Assembly: GCA_010405405.1 (NCBI GenBank) | Contig: MU004245.1 | Span: 313,256 to 377,255, forward strand | DNA from: Microthyrium microscopicum | Lineage: Eukaryota | Direction: 5' to 3' | Length of the DNA: 64,000 nt | Part shown: one piece after another, positions 49,330 through 61,309 of the stretch | How the letters are laid out: each line of letters begins with the position of its first letter | How positions within the stretch are numbered: the first letter of the stretch is position 1 | Notes under the pieces: model-generated | What the model saw: the letters and a program-made list of their open reading frames with translations, nothing else | The model's database searches: none | What the model was told of the DNA's origin: nothing | Program-made: the position numbers and the translations under genes

Positions 49330-51021
49330 ATGCACCTCATCAGTAAATATGTTCCTAGCCAGGAAACTATCAAAGCTCGCTTCACTACAGTAAAAGCGTG
49401 GGAACTTCCAAAGCAAGATTCAACGCTCGCGCCGAAGGATGTATGGAGCAACCATGATATGGATCCCGTCCCTATTGAAGAACAAACCTGGTCTATTTGG
49501 ACTTGGATGGCTTACTGGGCAACCGATATGATCAATCTTGGAACTTGGGAAACCGCTTCAGCTGTTATAACGGTTGGGCTCAACTGGCGTGATGCCATCC
49601 CGATAATGGCGGTCGGCACATCTTGTTTCGCTGTTCCAGTGGTTCTCAATGGAGCAATCGGTGCTGGTCTGCACGTTCCATTCTCTATTGTCGTTCGATC
49701 CTCCTTTGGCTATTATTTTGGATATTTCTGCATTATCTCACGGTCCATCCTGGCCATGTTCTGGCTGGGTATCCAAGGCGCCAATGGAGCTCAATGTATA
49801 ACGTTGATGCTTGCAGCTATTTGGCCATCATATAACCGCATTCCTAATCACATTGATCCAGCTCAAGGGATTGACACGAAAGGGATGATATCCTACTTCT
49901 TATTTTGGATAATCCAACTGCCTTTATTGCTGATTCCACCGACTCGACTTCGCTGGTTATTCATTATCAAACTTGTTGCAGCTCCGATCACCGCCATCGC
50001 AACTACTGGCTGGGTTGTGCACAAAGCGGGTGGGGGAGGAGAGCTCTTCAATCTACCAGAGAGAGTACATGGAAGTCAGCGTGTCTACCTCTGGTTATCC
50101 TCCATGTCGTCCGTAACAGGTACCTGGGCTACACTTGCTTGCAATATACCCGACTTTTCTCGATATGCACGCAGCAGTAAAGGGCAATACATTCAGTTAC
50201 CGTTCTTGCCCATTGTGTTCACAGCATGCGGAGTTCTTGGCATCGTGACGACATCTGCCTCTTATGTTGTGTATGGCGAATATATTTGGAATCCACTCGA
50301 CATCATGGAGCACTGGCTGGACAATCCTGGCGGACGAGCGGCAGCCTTCTTTGCAGCTCTCTCCTGGTATGTTGCACAAGTTGGTACCAACATTACAGCC
50401 AATTCCATCTCGGCAGCAAATGATCTGACAGTCTTATTCCCTCGATTCATCAACATCAAACGAGGTTGTGTGATTGCTGCCATCATAGGCGGATGGGTCA
50501 TTGTCCCTTGGAGAATCCTAAGCTCGGCACAAACCTTCTTGGCTTTCATGGGCGGATATTCAGTCTTCCTTGCGCCAATGGCTGGAATTATTGCTGCCGA
50601 TTACTGGTTGGTCAAGAGACAAAACATCGACGTCCCTGCTCTTTACGATCCTCGAGGTCGATACCGCTATGACTACGGCATCAACTGGCGCGCTATGATC
50701 GCTTTCGTTGTAGTTGTTGGGCCGCTTTTGCCTGGTCTGGCCTTCAGTATCAACCCCGGCGGTACTCACATCAATGATGGAATCAAGCACCTGTATACAT
50801 TTGACTGGTTGTTCGGGTTTGTGGTGTCCATTTTCTTGTATACTGGACTTAGTTGGGCATTTCCGCCTCATGAGACTCTTATTCCTAAGACCATTTTTGG
50901 GGTGGCACCAAGTGAACCTGGCTCAGAGAGCTACGTTGCCGAATATGATGAGCAGAAGGAGCTTGAGGAGCGCCGGGCGAAACCAGATCATTCCAAGTCA
51001 TTGAGCGAAGCGGACGCGTAG
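49330..51021 (+). CDS. NCS1 family nucleobase/allantoin permease (Fur/Dal4-like)
   Basis: WSNHDMDPVP, YWAT, NGAIG..LHVPF..VRSSFG, NIPDFSRY, WNPLD, GTNITANS, PW.IL, GINWRA; ~12 TM. Confidence 0.93.
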   Translation: MHLISKYVPSQETIKARFTTVKAWELPKQDSTLAPKDVWSNHDMDPVPIEEQTWSIWTWMAYWATDMINLGTWETASAVITVGLNWRDAIPIMAVGTSCFAVPVVLNGAIGAGLHVPFSIVVRSSFGYYFGYFCIISRSILAMFWLGIQGANGAQCITLMLAAIWPSYNRIPNHIDPAQGIDTKGMISYFLFWIIQLPLLLIPPTRLRWLFIIKLVAAPITAIATTGWVVHKAGGGGELFNLPERVHGSQRVYLWLSSMSSVTGTWATLACNIPDFSRYARSSKGQYIQLPFLPIVFTACGVLGIVTTSASYVVYGEYIWNPLDIMEHWLDNPGGRAAAFFAALSWYVAQVGTNITANSISAANDLTVLFPRFINIKRGCVIAAIIGGWVIVPWRILSSAQTFLAFMGGYSVFLAPMAGIIAADYWLVKRQNIDVPALYDPRGRYRYDYGINWRAMIAFVVVVGPLLPGLAFSINPGGTHINDGIKHLYTFDWLFGFVVSIFLYTGLSWAFPPHETLIPKTIFGVAPSEPGSESYVAEYDEQKELEERRAKPDHSKSLSEADA

Positions 51022-51471
51022 CATACGCGTTGCTTTTCAGAATATTCCCCGGAACCACAGGGCAATACATGTAGAAATCATTAGTATCCGATTACTGCAG
51101 TAGATATGATAGATTCTTTGCAATCAACGGCTAAAAGTTGTGAAATGATGTTGTCTTCCATCGGGCTACATCATCTGTAAGCCAGGTTTGAAAAGCGTTG
51201 TAGCCGATGACCTCGTATCAAATTACACCAAGAACCAAGCTGGGTTCCTCCTACGGCGTCCAGCCGAAATCTCTAAAAACATTGACATGAGCTGAATGTT
51301 TAAGAGTGAACCTCTGCTGTTGGGAATTGAAGTCGTTGCTGGTTAGTGCATTAGTCATGCATGACAAGCAATTAGCGCCGGTCCGTGCGACATGCGTATC
51401 CCCTACAGAAAAAAGTTGAAGCAGCAGAACATCAATCCAAGAATGATAATTCGGTCCTTCCAGACTTCACA

Positions 51472-52552
51472 ATGGTCGCTTTGGCCAAACGAGTAAAGAG
51501 ATTAACTGAGGTACGTCCACCGCTTTCCAAAATATACCAATTGCTAATACGTTTCTAGCGGGTATGGCCCATTGACATCCTCAATCGCATCAACTCTAAC
51601 CTTGTCCACAGCTCATGACCATACGCATAGGTCCAGGAGCCGCCGTTCTTCCTCAATATGTCACGAGAATACATATGCAGTTCGCGCTGCAAGCTCTTGG
51701 TGGACACAAGGGTCCTAGGTATCATGATCTGTCAATCCGCGCAAGATACATCACTAACGTCGAGCTTTCAGAAAGTTCTGGCGCGAGATGCTCCCCCGAT
51801 TAAAATATTACAATCCTGCCATCCGGATGAGCGTTTCCCGGCCCAACCCCGTCGGTGGCCCTGGCATCATGACCATATATATCAAGAAGAACAGCGAGGA
51901 GGCAAAAGAGATCATTAAGAACGGCGAAGAACTCAGCAAGAAAGACGCGCACAGGAGAAACAAAAATGATGTGTTCATTAGCTTGTACAAGCGAGCGAAT
52001 AAGGCTTCAAATTACGACGCAATACGGAGATTAAAACAGGAAATGGAGGACATCACAAGTGACAAATCAGCAGAAGCGCCGTCAACGGAAAACACATCAG
52101 ACGATCAGACATTGAAGGGAGGTCGAGACTCCAAAGCGTTGGCTTCGAAAGATCCCAAAATTGCTGCTGTATCGGCGAAACCAACAACAGAGGCCATTTC
52201 CTTGGTCCCTCTATCTCGTGACTCTGATGGAAACATGCAGCCTCATGTTAAACCAGATGCAACCGTGGAAGCGCCAAAAGCGAGCTACGACGAAGGAGTT
52301 GTTGAAATCAATATCAGAGGGAAGACAGAAACCGAAATATGGAACGAGGTTGTAGCGCGCATCAAGGTCGTGGAGCTGAATCCAACTCCGGGGGAGAAGA
52401 AGTTCGCTGATGGCATAGAGAAAGACGCTGAAGCAAGGAGAACTTTGGAAGCTGGCAACGAAGAGCAGAAGAAGTGGTTACGGTCTTTCAAAGAGGAGCA
52501 GGCCAAACTTCGCAAGATAGAGCAAGAGCAGAGATTGGTTGCTGAAGCTTAG
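51472..52552 (+). CDS. MRP49: Mitochondrial ribosomal protein Mrp49-like (L51/S25/CI-B8 domain)
   Basis: Exons 51472-51510, 51559-51561, 51612-51718, 51772-52552; IRIGPGAAVLP..VTRIHM.F..GH.GPRKFWREMLPRLKYYNP. Confidence 0.82.
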
Positions 52553-52715
52553 GGAAGCTATATACCCACAACGTGCATTGGAAGAAAGGCGCTAGGAATG
52601 TACCATATCTGTATTAGCATCTCACACCATATAAATCTTGAAATCGCTCTCTCATGCACATATCAAGGCCAATAGCATCGGGCATAACTTAGACATTACT
52701 CTATACCACAGCTAT

Positions 52716-53707
52716 CTAGACACCACCCAACCCATTCCACCAAGCCACAATACCCAGCACAAACAGCACGACCATCGCATCCGTAAATATCGTGCTGAAG
52801 ATCGTACTATACCGCATCGCAATCCGAATATATCCCGCATACGGCTGCGGAATTACGCCACTCAACATGCCCAACATTCCAGTACTCTGCACCTGTCCAC
52901 GCTCCAAAAAGAACCGACTGCTCTGCAACACCACCTCCGTCGATGCAAACCAAAAGAACAACTGTGCCCCAAACGCCTCGCCGCCCAAACTCGCCATCTC
53001 CCTACCCTCCTTGGAGCCGTTAAATCGCACCGGTGAAGACAACACCACGTACAACGCGAGCCACATAGATGCAACTGCGTGCGCGATTCGCCAGATATAT
53101 GTTCTATCGCTCGTCGGACGCTGCATATCCGCCTGCGCTTGCTGTGCGCTCGCTTGTGCCATTTGCGGATTACCACCAAGGAGGGAGGCGAGGGAAGTCA
53201 TAAGTTCGGGGTTAGCAGCGCCGCCTTCGCCGGGTGCGCCGCCGCTGAGAAGTTGTTGCATCATTTGCATCATTGGGTCGTTGCCGTCGGGCTGACCTTG
53301 CATCATGTCCATTTGGCCGGGGAATCCAAACGGTGATTGGCCTTGGGGTTGTGGGGTTCGGCGACGTGCGGGTTCGTAGTAATGCGTGCTTATGTCCATT
53401 TCGGCTGGGTCGGGGGCATCTTCGACGGAAGCTGCTTGAGGATGGGAGGAGGAAGTAGTTCGTGATAGGGAGGGTGTTGCTATCGCTCAAGTTAGTGATG
53501 AAGTCTTTGGAGGAGATTAGTAGTATTCTTACAATCTTGAGACTTGAGGGCTGGTGCTGGTTCTGGCATACGGCCTCCTTGGACTCCGATGATTTTGTTC
53601 AAGCGATCTGTTCCTCCTGCGGCGATTTTGGCTTGACGTTTCTCGCGGCGGATGCGTGCTTGTTTTTGATTTGGCGTTTCATTTTCGGGGATAGGCGTGG
53701 ATTCCAT
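52716..53707 (-). CDS. GET2: GET complex subunit Get2/CAML-like
   Basis: Intron 53480-53532; N-terminal QARIRREKRQAKI..GG.DRLNKI.G, DP.EMDIS motif, C-terminal TM helices. Confidence 0.75.
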
Positions 53708-54172
53708 CGTAGGGAGATTTGGCCTTTGGTTTGAAGGATGTATCTTGTGATGTAGAGTTGCGATAATCAGGAGACTCAAAATGTTGTCGCTTTCAAGCTT
53801 GAAGAAGTGATGGCATGGCGCTAACCGCTTTGGGTGCCATAAAATAAGTACGTTAGTAACATCTGTGTCCCTCTCGATCATAATGCACCTGGAAGCAGAG
53901 TCAATGTCCAACCTAGCTGGATGGATCAGAAGTAAGGAATTCGAGTCTTGGTTCCTCGACCATCTGATCTGGCTCCTGAGCGCCAAAGTGTTGACCGCAA
54001 GCTTTTACAGCATCAAATCTAGAGTAAGCACGACAGTTTATGATCAAGATGAAAGTACTGTCATGGGTATCCCTTTTGATAATTATACAAATGCAAGCGC
54101 TATTCCCGTATTCCATAGACGCCTGGTAGTCATAATACACATGAGATAGAGACCTAATGCTGTGAAGATATC

Positions 54173-55126
54173 TTAATCCGTCGATGTACCTCCACCAACC
54201 AGCATCTTCTGCTTTCCTTTTTGTTTCATTGCTGACTTCTTGTTCTTGGCCTGGACAGCGGCAAGCTCCTCTTCTTCTTCCTCGTCTAATTCCATATCAC
54301 TGTCAATGTCGCTCGCAATCTCGTCGTCAATCACCATCTCGTGATCTTCCTCTGCCGCATCCGAATCTCCAAGCATAGTCTGGTTGTATCTCTCGCCTGG
54401 TGGTAACAGATGTTGATGGTCTTCCACCAGTTTGCGATCTTCTTCAAGCGTTCGCGACTTGTTGCCAGACATTCGTTGACGGTAAAAGGCGCGTTCGCGT
54501 TTCGATCTGATCTCGGTGACTCGGTCCATAGCCTTAATCGTGGTCTGCACAAGGTCACGGTTGTAACGGACTGGAACATTGCGGCGAGCGGCAAATGTGA
54601 GTGTAGAGTCGACTGTCATTTCTTTGCCATGCGCCTTCCTGAATGATTTCGTCCAGCGCAACTTGCGTGGTGCGCGCTCTATATATAGGTTAGTGAATGG
54701 TCTCGCAAGTGCTCGCTGCCTGTGTAGGTTCGTAGCCTCCTCGCCACGATCGGCCAGCTTCGCGATGTTGCTTGCGGACACTACTTGCAAAGCCATATAC
54801 CCATGCATATTCGCTATTCTGCAGGATCTCTCCAGTACGAGTTGTAGCAGCCAATATGCATATCGTATGTCCAATATTGCGCTGCAATTCGGATGTAGAC
54901 GTACTCATCTTGAAGTTCTTGTGACATTTGGATCGACAAAATCGGAACACCCTATTGTATGTTAGCTTTGGTACGTCTAAACTGTGAGAAGGTTTCTACC
55001 TAGCATCGTTGCGTACGAACTGAATGCCCTTCGAGGGGTACACCGGTCTGTAGAGAGTTAGTTTTGGCTTGCACTCAGGTAACGGGTCGCATACTGTGAG
55101 CAGAATGAACATGTTTCAATCCTCAT
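54173..55126 (-). CDS. RLP24: Ribosome biogenesis protein Rlp24 (eL24 family)
   Basis: Introns 55048-55094, 54952-54999, 54679-54904; [53 protein letters not shown]. Confidence 0.95.
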
Positions 55127-55393
55127 GATGAGATTATTGGCACCGGAACGCCGATTTGATCTAGGTGGCGTGCAATGTTTTCCGTGAGGGTGCTCGAGAA
55201 GGTTGGCAATTGCGCTCCGAACTTTTTGTCAAAAAAATTGGTGGAGGGGTCTGCACTAGTGCCAAAGAGGCTAGCTCCAGCAATGCCTACAATATCAGAG
55301 CTACTAGCAACCGCCGTCTTTCATATTGTTCAGGACGAAGTCTTCATGGCATCAGAAATCTGGAAATAGGTTGCAATATAATGGAAGCCCACA

Positions 55394-56958
55394 ATGTCTC
55401 AAGATCTCTTTGCCGCGTTCGCTACGCCTACGGAGCCCAACTCATCAGAACAGCCGCAGCAATCAACAGCCAATGCAGGGAGCTTTTCATTCTTCGATGA
55501 TTTTGCGAATACATCTAGCACAAATCAAGCAGTAATACCTAATGTTCCAATCCAGTCAACTGTGGACAAGAAAGTAGACGATGATTGGGGCGATTTCGAA
55601 GCACCAGAGAGTGTCGCATCACCAGAGCCAGCAGCACCAGCAGCTCCATCCAAGTATCACTATAGCCTTGATGAGCTGACCTCACCAGCGCCGGTACATA
55701 ATTCTTCTGGAAATAAAGCCCTGGATCTGTTAGGATTGGGATTTGGAGAAAGTGTCAAGCAGAAGAAATTCTCGGATATAAAATCACCAGTCAAGGACCC
55801 AAACGTTCTGTTCGACGCCAATGATGACGCTGAGGAAGATGATGATTTTGGTGACTTTGAAGAGGCTGACTTCGACAAACCAGCAGCTCCAGCTAATCCT
55901 GCTACCAAGCACTCGTATCAACCCAAAATGCCCGAGATAGACCTGCTTGGCTTGGACGATCCACCACAAGCAAATTCACTTGTGAGGCAAGAAACAGTTG
56001 GCAGGAGACATGCTGGACTGAAAAGCCCTAAGAAAGTCGTGGTGAAGCCAGCTCCTGTGAAGAAGATACAACAGCAGGATATCAAGCCCCAGGAAGAGGA
56101 GGCATGGGATGAGTTTACCGAATGGGAGCAAGACAACACGGCTTTGTCGAAGCCTAGCGCTTCAACAACCACAGGAGATCAATCAAAGCCTCAAGATCTA
56201 TCTCTCCTATCTGGTGGAACAGATCCAAATACTGCAACTGGTCACGAAATGCCTCCTACAACCATACCACCACCTGCTTTATTGTTGTCAATCTTCCCTG
56301 AAATCTTCGAACGCGTGGAGGTCGAACTACTCAAGCCAGCTTCTTCTCTCTCGCAGGCTGAACGAACTCACTTATACGCAGAATCCAAAACTCTGGAATA
56401 TCTGAAGGGATATCTAGCGATTCTTACAGTATGTGCCCGCATTATAGCGGGCAGAAAGCTACGTTGGAAGCGCGACACTCTGCTTGCTCAGTCCATGCGA
56501 ATCGGTGCTGCGTCAGCTGGTCGTATGACTGGTATGAAAGTCACCAGTCTTGACAAAACAGAAATGACCAAGGAAGATGGAGAGGTCGCTGAGGTTCTGC
56601 GAATCTGGGCTAAGCAGGCAGGCCGAATCAAATCAGCAGTGAGCGAGGCAAAGAAGACCGCCTCATCAGATTTAGGCGTTGTCCCAGACATGCGAGATAC
56701 GATGCCCGTCAAGTCTGCTAAAGAGCTGGATGGTGGAGTGCCGAGCGTACGGCCCTGTGCTCTCTGCGGACTGAAACGGGATGAGCGTGTTGCAAAGGTA
56801 GACGTAGATGTCATGGACTACTTTGGAGAATGGTGGATAGAGCAGACGAGCATGCATCGCGGTTTGTTGATTTCCAATTCGTTCACGTTCATCACTAACA
56901 ACTCTCAGCATGCCGGAATTTTTGGTTAGAACACGAGAAGTCTTTAAGACAACGATAA
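55394..56958 (+). CDS. Uncharacterised conserved fungal protein with acidic WGDF/FGDF motifs and C-terminal CxxC..HxxC
   Basis: Intron 56862-56908 gives end HRACRNFW..RQR*; ARIIAGRKLRWKRD, PCALCGLKRDERV. Confidence 0.8.
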
Positions 56959-57073
56959 TCGATTTGATACCCACTATTTAGCATACACAATCATATACCA
57001 TCCTACAGTATTTCATACACTCATTATAGACTACATATCCATACCATAAACACCAACAAGGAGCTCCGAGTAA

Positions 57074-57822
57074 CTACGTCGTCGTCTCCTCCACCCACTC
57101 CGTCCTCCCCAGTCTCACAATATCGCTCTGCGCCAACAACCAAACCTTCTCCTCCCCACTCCTTTTCCCCTCAAAACATTGCAATCCCGCATTTACCGCC
57201 GCCCTCGCCACAACATCCGCCTCCTGCGCCCAAGAATCCATCAACCCAATCTTGCCCGACATCCGCGCAACAGACTGCGCCCAGCCCTCCACTATCCTTT
57301 TCTCACCCCTGTCGCCTAACAAGAATCCCGGCCGTAGAATAAGTACATGCTTAAAGCCCATCTTTCCCACCGCCTCCTCCAGCTCGCCCTTCATTTTGGA
57401 GTATGGCATCATGCTGGTCGCGTTCGCGCCAGTGGAGCTGATGAGCACATAAGTTTCGACGCCGGCGTTGGCGGCAGCTTGCGCGAGTTCGATGTTGAGG
57501 TCGACGTCAATTTTGCGTTGGTTCGCAACACCACCGGCTTGCGCGCGTGTGGTGCCTAGACCAGAGAAGAAGATTGATGCGGAGGGTGGAAAGGAGGCGG
57601 CCCAGGTGGATGTGTCTGCGGATTCGATGGGTTGGACTTTGGTGGAGGTGTTGGAGAGTGCGCGGCGGGTGTATGCTTTGATGGTGGAGAGTTTAGAGGA
57701 TGCGGCGAGGGTGCTGAGGATGTGAGAGCCCTGTAGATGCGTTAGTAGGAGAGCGGTATCGTGCGGTAAAGAGGGAATCGGACGACTAGTCCTGTACTTC
57801 CTGCAAGAACTGCGGTCGCCAT
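57074..57822 (-). CDS. FMP52: NAD(P)-binding Rossmann protein Fmp52/TIP30-like
   Basis: Intron 57731-57783; GSTGLVG, GLGTTRAQAGG..NQRKID, YSKMKGELE, LRPG. Confidence 0.85.
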
Positions 57823-58702
57823 GTTAAGGTTTGTGGTTTGTATCGTTTGTGGTTAAATCGTTGTGTACTTTATGAAGATGGACATGCGCAAGAGTTCTAT
57901 CTTTTCTGTCGTCAACATCATTGAGATTATGAGATCGGCTGGAATGCTACTTCAAAGAGTTAGTCTCCCCGTCCTCTAGCCAGAACGGGTTAAAGCTTTT
58001 TCAACAAAATGGAGGTCAGGACGGTGGAGATAAGATCTAGCAGCTTTCCTAAATTCGAGGTATCAAGTACTTGGGTTTTGCTGCTTGGTCTGGTCTGCAG
58101 TCGAATACACAGGTTCAGCGACTACGTGGCAACAATCCAATAAGATGTGTAGAGCATTCCCGAAGAAGTCGACGTCAACATCAAATATCACGATCTTCAG
58201 ATTCTGGCCATCAGGCTGACTTCTACCCAATCACAATTGGGTTCACGGCGCAAGTAACCAATGACGATGCAGAGAAAAATCAGCAAAGTATCTTGATCTC
58301 CATCTTTTATCTCAGGTTCTGTCGCGCACCGTTCTGAAGAAGTAGACTCGCGTAGGCTATTTTTTTTTGCAAAGATTCAAGACAGTGCTGGTGACATTTG
58401 GATTGTGCTGCACTACTCGACATAAGTATAACTTATGTTATCCAATGTTCCCTAAGAAAATGGAACTAACCCGGTTCACTATGAAAGTCGGAGCACAGAA
58501 TAGCATTTATCCTTGATGGTGAGTTGTGGTTTCAGACAAATTAGTGGAGAATTGAATCTCAAATGTCAGTCGTGATATTAGGTCAAGTCCGCCCATATTA
58601 ATTGAACTGCTCTGTGCCTGCTTAGATCCCAGATCCTCAAATAGTAATGCATACGCAACTATCGAAAAATAAAAAGAAGATGTATTAAGAAAAAGTTTAA
58701 GG

Positions 58703-59876
58703 ATGCTGTCAATTATCGCAGTATCAATCTTTACATGGCTGAGAGTAGTCGCCGCGGCAGACTTCTTCTACAAAGGTCATGACCTCTCCTCCCTAAGGGT
58801 TTCCGAAGTCTCGGGAACAACATACTATGACGGCGCTAAAGGAGGCCAGCAAAGAGCTGCGGAGGATATCTTGGCAGATGGTGGAATGAACACTGTTCGG
58901 TTACGGTATGTTTGAATTCTGTTTGATGCTTCTTTTTTAATCACAGTTGACGAATAGGCTTTGGGTTAATCCAAGAGATTCTGGAAACCAAGGAGACGCA
59001 TATGGCACTGCGTACACTCTTGATCTAGCGAAAAGATTTCATGCCAAAGGCCAGCGGATATATCTGGATTTTCATTTTTCAGATACTTGGGCAGATCCAG
59101 GAAAGCAAGGAATACCCAGAAAGTGGCCGAAAGAATTGGATCCTCTAGCATCGACGTTGAGAAAATATGTCGCGTCAACACTAGGACACTTCAAGGCAGC
59201 TGGCGTCCCAATCGCAATCGTTGCGCTAGGAAATGAGATTCGACCTGGTATGCTCTGGCCAGTTGGAAAGGCGAACCCAGGCCAGAACGGATCGTTCAAG
59301 AACTTATCTGTACTTTGGAAAGCTGCTCGCGAAGGGGTATCAGATGCTGTAGCGGCCGGACTGAAGAAGCCAGAGGTTATGATCCACATCGATAATGGCT
59401 GGGACTCGCAACTACAACAGAATTGGTTTGCCGGATTGACAGCAAGTGGAGTAGTGACAACGAAAGATTGGGATGTCATTGGTCTATCCTTCTATCCGTT
59501 CTATAACACAAGAGCGACGTTTGCAAATCTTGCGACCAGCATGAGGAATCTTGCAACAAAATACAACAAACCGATTCATGTCGCAGAGACTGACTATCCA
59601 GCTGAGTGTACTGGAAAGTACAAGGCGAAACCACAAATGAGCGAACCCAGCATTCCTAGCAACGTTGGTGGCCAGACGCAATGGGTGCAAAAGACGATAC
59701 AGACAGTCAAAGCTGTACCGAATGGTCTTGGTCAAGGGATATTCTACTGGGAGCCTACGTGGACGAATAATACTGGACTGGGCAGTGCTTGCGAGGATGC
59801 AATCCTCTTTGCATCAAAATGGTCTGGTTCAAAAGCAGCGGCAACTAGCAGGACAAGTGTAAACATGTTCAAGTAG
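58703..59876 (+). CDS. Secreted GH53 endo-beta-1,4-galactanase
   Basis: Signal peptide; YKGHDLSS, NTVRLRLWVNP (intron 58906-58957), DFHFSDTWADPGKQ, GNEI (acid/base), ETDYP (nucleophile), YWEP. Confidence 0.95.
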
Positions 59877-60036
59877 TAATTGCAACAAGATATATGTACA
59901 AGAATTTCCAATAAAAGTCGTACAAGGCTGACTGGTTCAAAATAAGGTCCTCATGGCTCAGTCATGGCACCTGGAAGCATTTGCCCTGTGGTAGCCTTGA
60001 AATCTCGTTGTTCAATGGCCGATCGTTAACATCCAT

Positions 60037-60605
60037 CTAAACGTAGTAGGCCTTTGCGACACCGCGCTCCCAGAAGCCGTTGAAGGATGGCACCAGCTTC
60101 TCGTGGTGTTCGAATGTGCTGCAGACTTCAGCATAGATGCTATTGGGGTTGGAACCCGCGATACGGGAAAAGGTGACACTCTTGGTGCCAGCTGGAAGGG
60201 CACCCCAAGCGATGACATTGTCAGCTCCAATGGACCAGTTCACATTCTTTTTGTCTGCAGCGACTGGTTGCAGTGGCGAAGTGGAGTGGAGTTCGCTATA
60301 AGTGAAGGTCTTCTTGTCTGGACCGCAGCCCAGCTCTCCAACAGTCTTATCTCCGGACGTGACAGGAGTAATGGTGCACGCGATGCCATCAGCGATGTTG
60401 GCGGAGGCGGTAGCGCTGTTTGTAAGATACATGGTGTCCTTGTTTGGGAATGTGACTCCGATCTTAAAGGCTTTGCTGGCATCGGCAGTGGCAACTGGGC
60501 CAGCGAGAGCGCTAAATATGTAAGTATATCTTCAAGAATGTTCTATCATATATCAAATTACCCAACGGCGAGAGCAGCGAAGCTCAAAGTTTTGATACCG
60601 ACCAT
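60037..60605 (-). CDS. Small secreted protein (~172 aa), unknown family
   Basis: Intron 60512-60561 joins signal peptide MVGIKTLSFAALAVGALA to ORF 60037..60432; biased codon usage. Confidence 0.75.
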
Positions 60606-61309
60606 GTTGTCTGACGAATTGGGTATTGGAGTCAATGCGATAAGGAAGATGCTAAAATCATCAATTGATAATCGCGGTACCAACGCCCTCCTTATTAACA
60701 AAGTAGCGAAACGATCGGGTAGAATGATACGGCCCTAGCACAGTATATAGTATCCAATTCCTAATATGGTTCCGGGGTTAGCTGTTTGCGGGACATTAAA
60801 GTACTCATGCTGTCTGTCGAAGCTTTATTGGGTCGAGGAGACCACAAGCTCTTGCGACACACCACATATCGGCCCTTTATATATTAAGCCATTCGAACTT
60901 AGTCGCTTGCTTCAAGGATCATAACGACTGTGCCTGTCACAAGATAAATATGGTTATCTTGACTCCTGATAATAACCGAAGACATTGCTCTTTGAAACCC
61001 ACTTTGATCTTAGCGAGCGCTCTTGAGCTGGTCGTATATGACAAATTCACGCACGACAGAGGATCAGCTAAGGGCTAATTGAATTTCGGATATCGATTGA
61101 TTAAGATTGTCGATAGAATACTGAAGAGAAGCGAAGTTGAAGGCCATCGACAAGACGATCTTGATGTTCCTGCAGTAGCCGAAGATAAGATGATGAAGAT
61201 AAGATCTTGATAGCTCACTAACACTTGCAACGTCACTCATCAATTCATGAAGCTCAAAGCTTGAAATGTTTAACAACTACCGCCATGAATTGATTCCCCG
61301 AATAGCACG

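Noticed and set aside
54679..54874. N-terminal part of ORF 54173..54874 as protein
   Set aside because: It is intron 3 of RLP24; splicing restores the conserved KMKR.PRK motif
60103..60738. 211-aa plus-strand ORF
   Set aside because: Antisense to the spliced secreted-protein gene, which has a signal peptide and canonical intron
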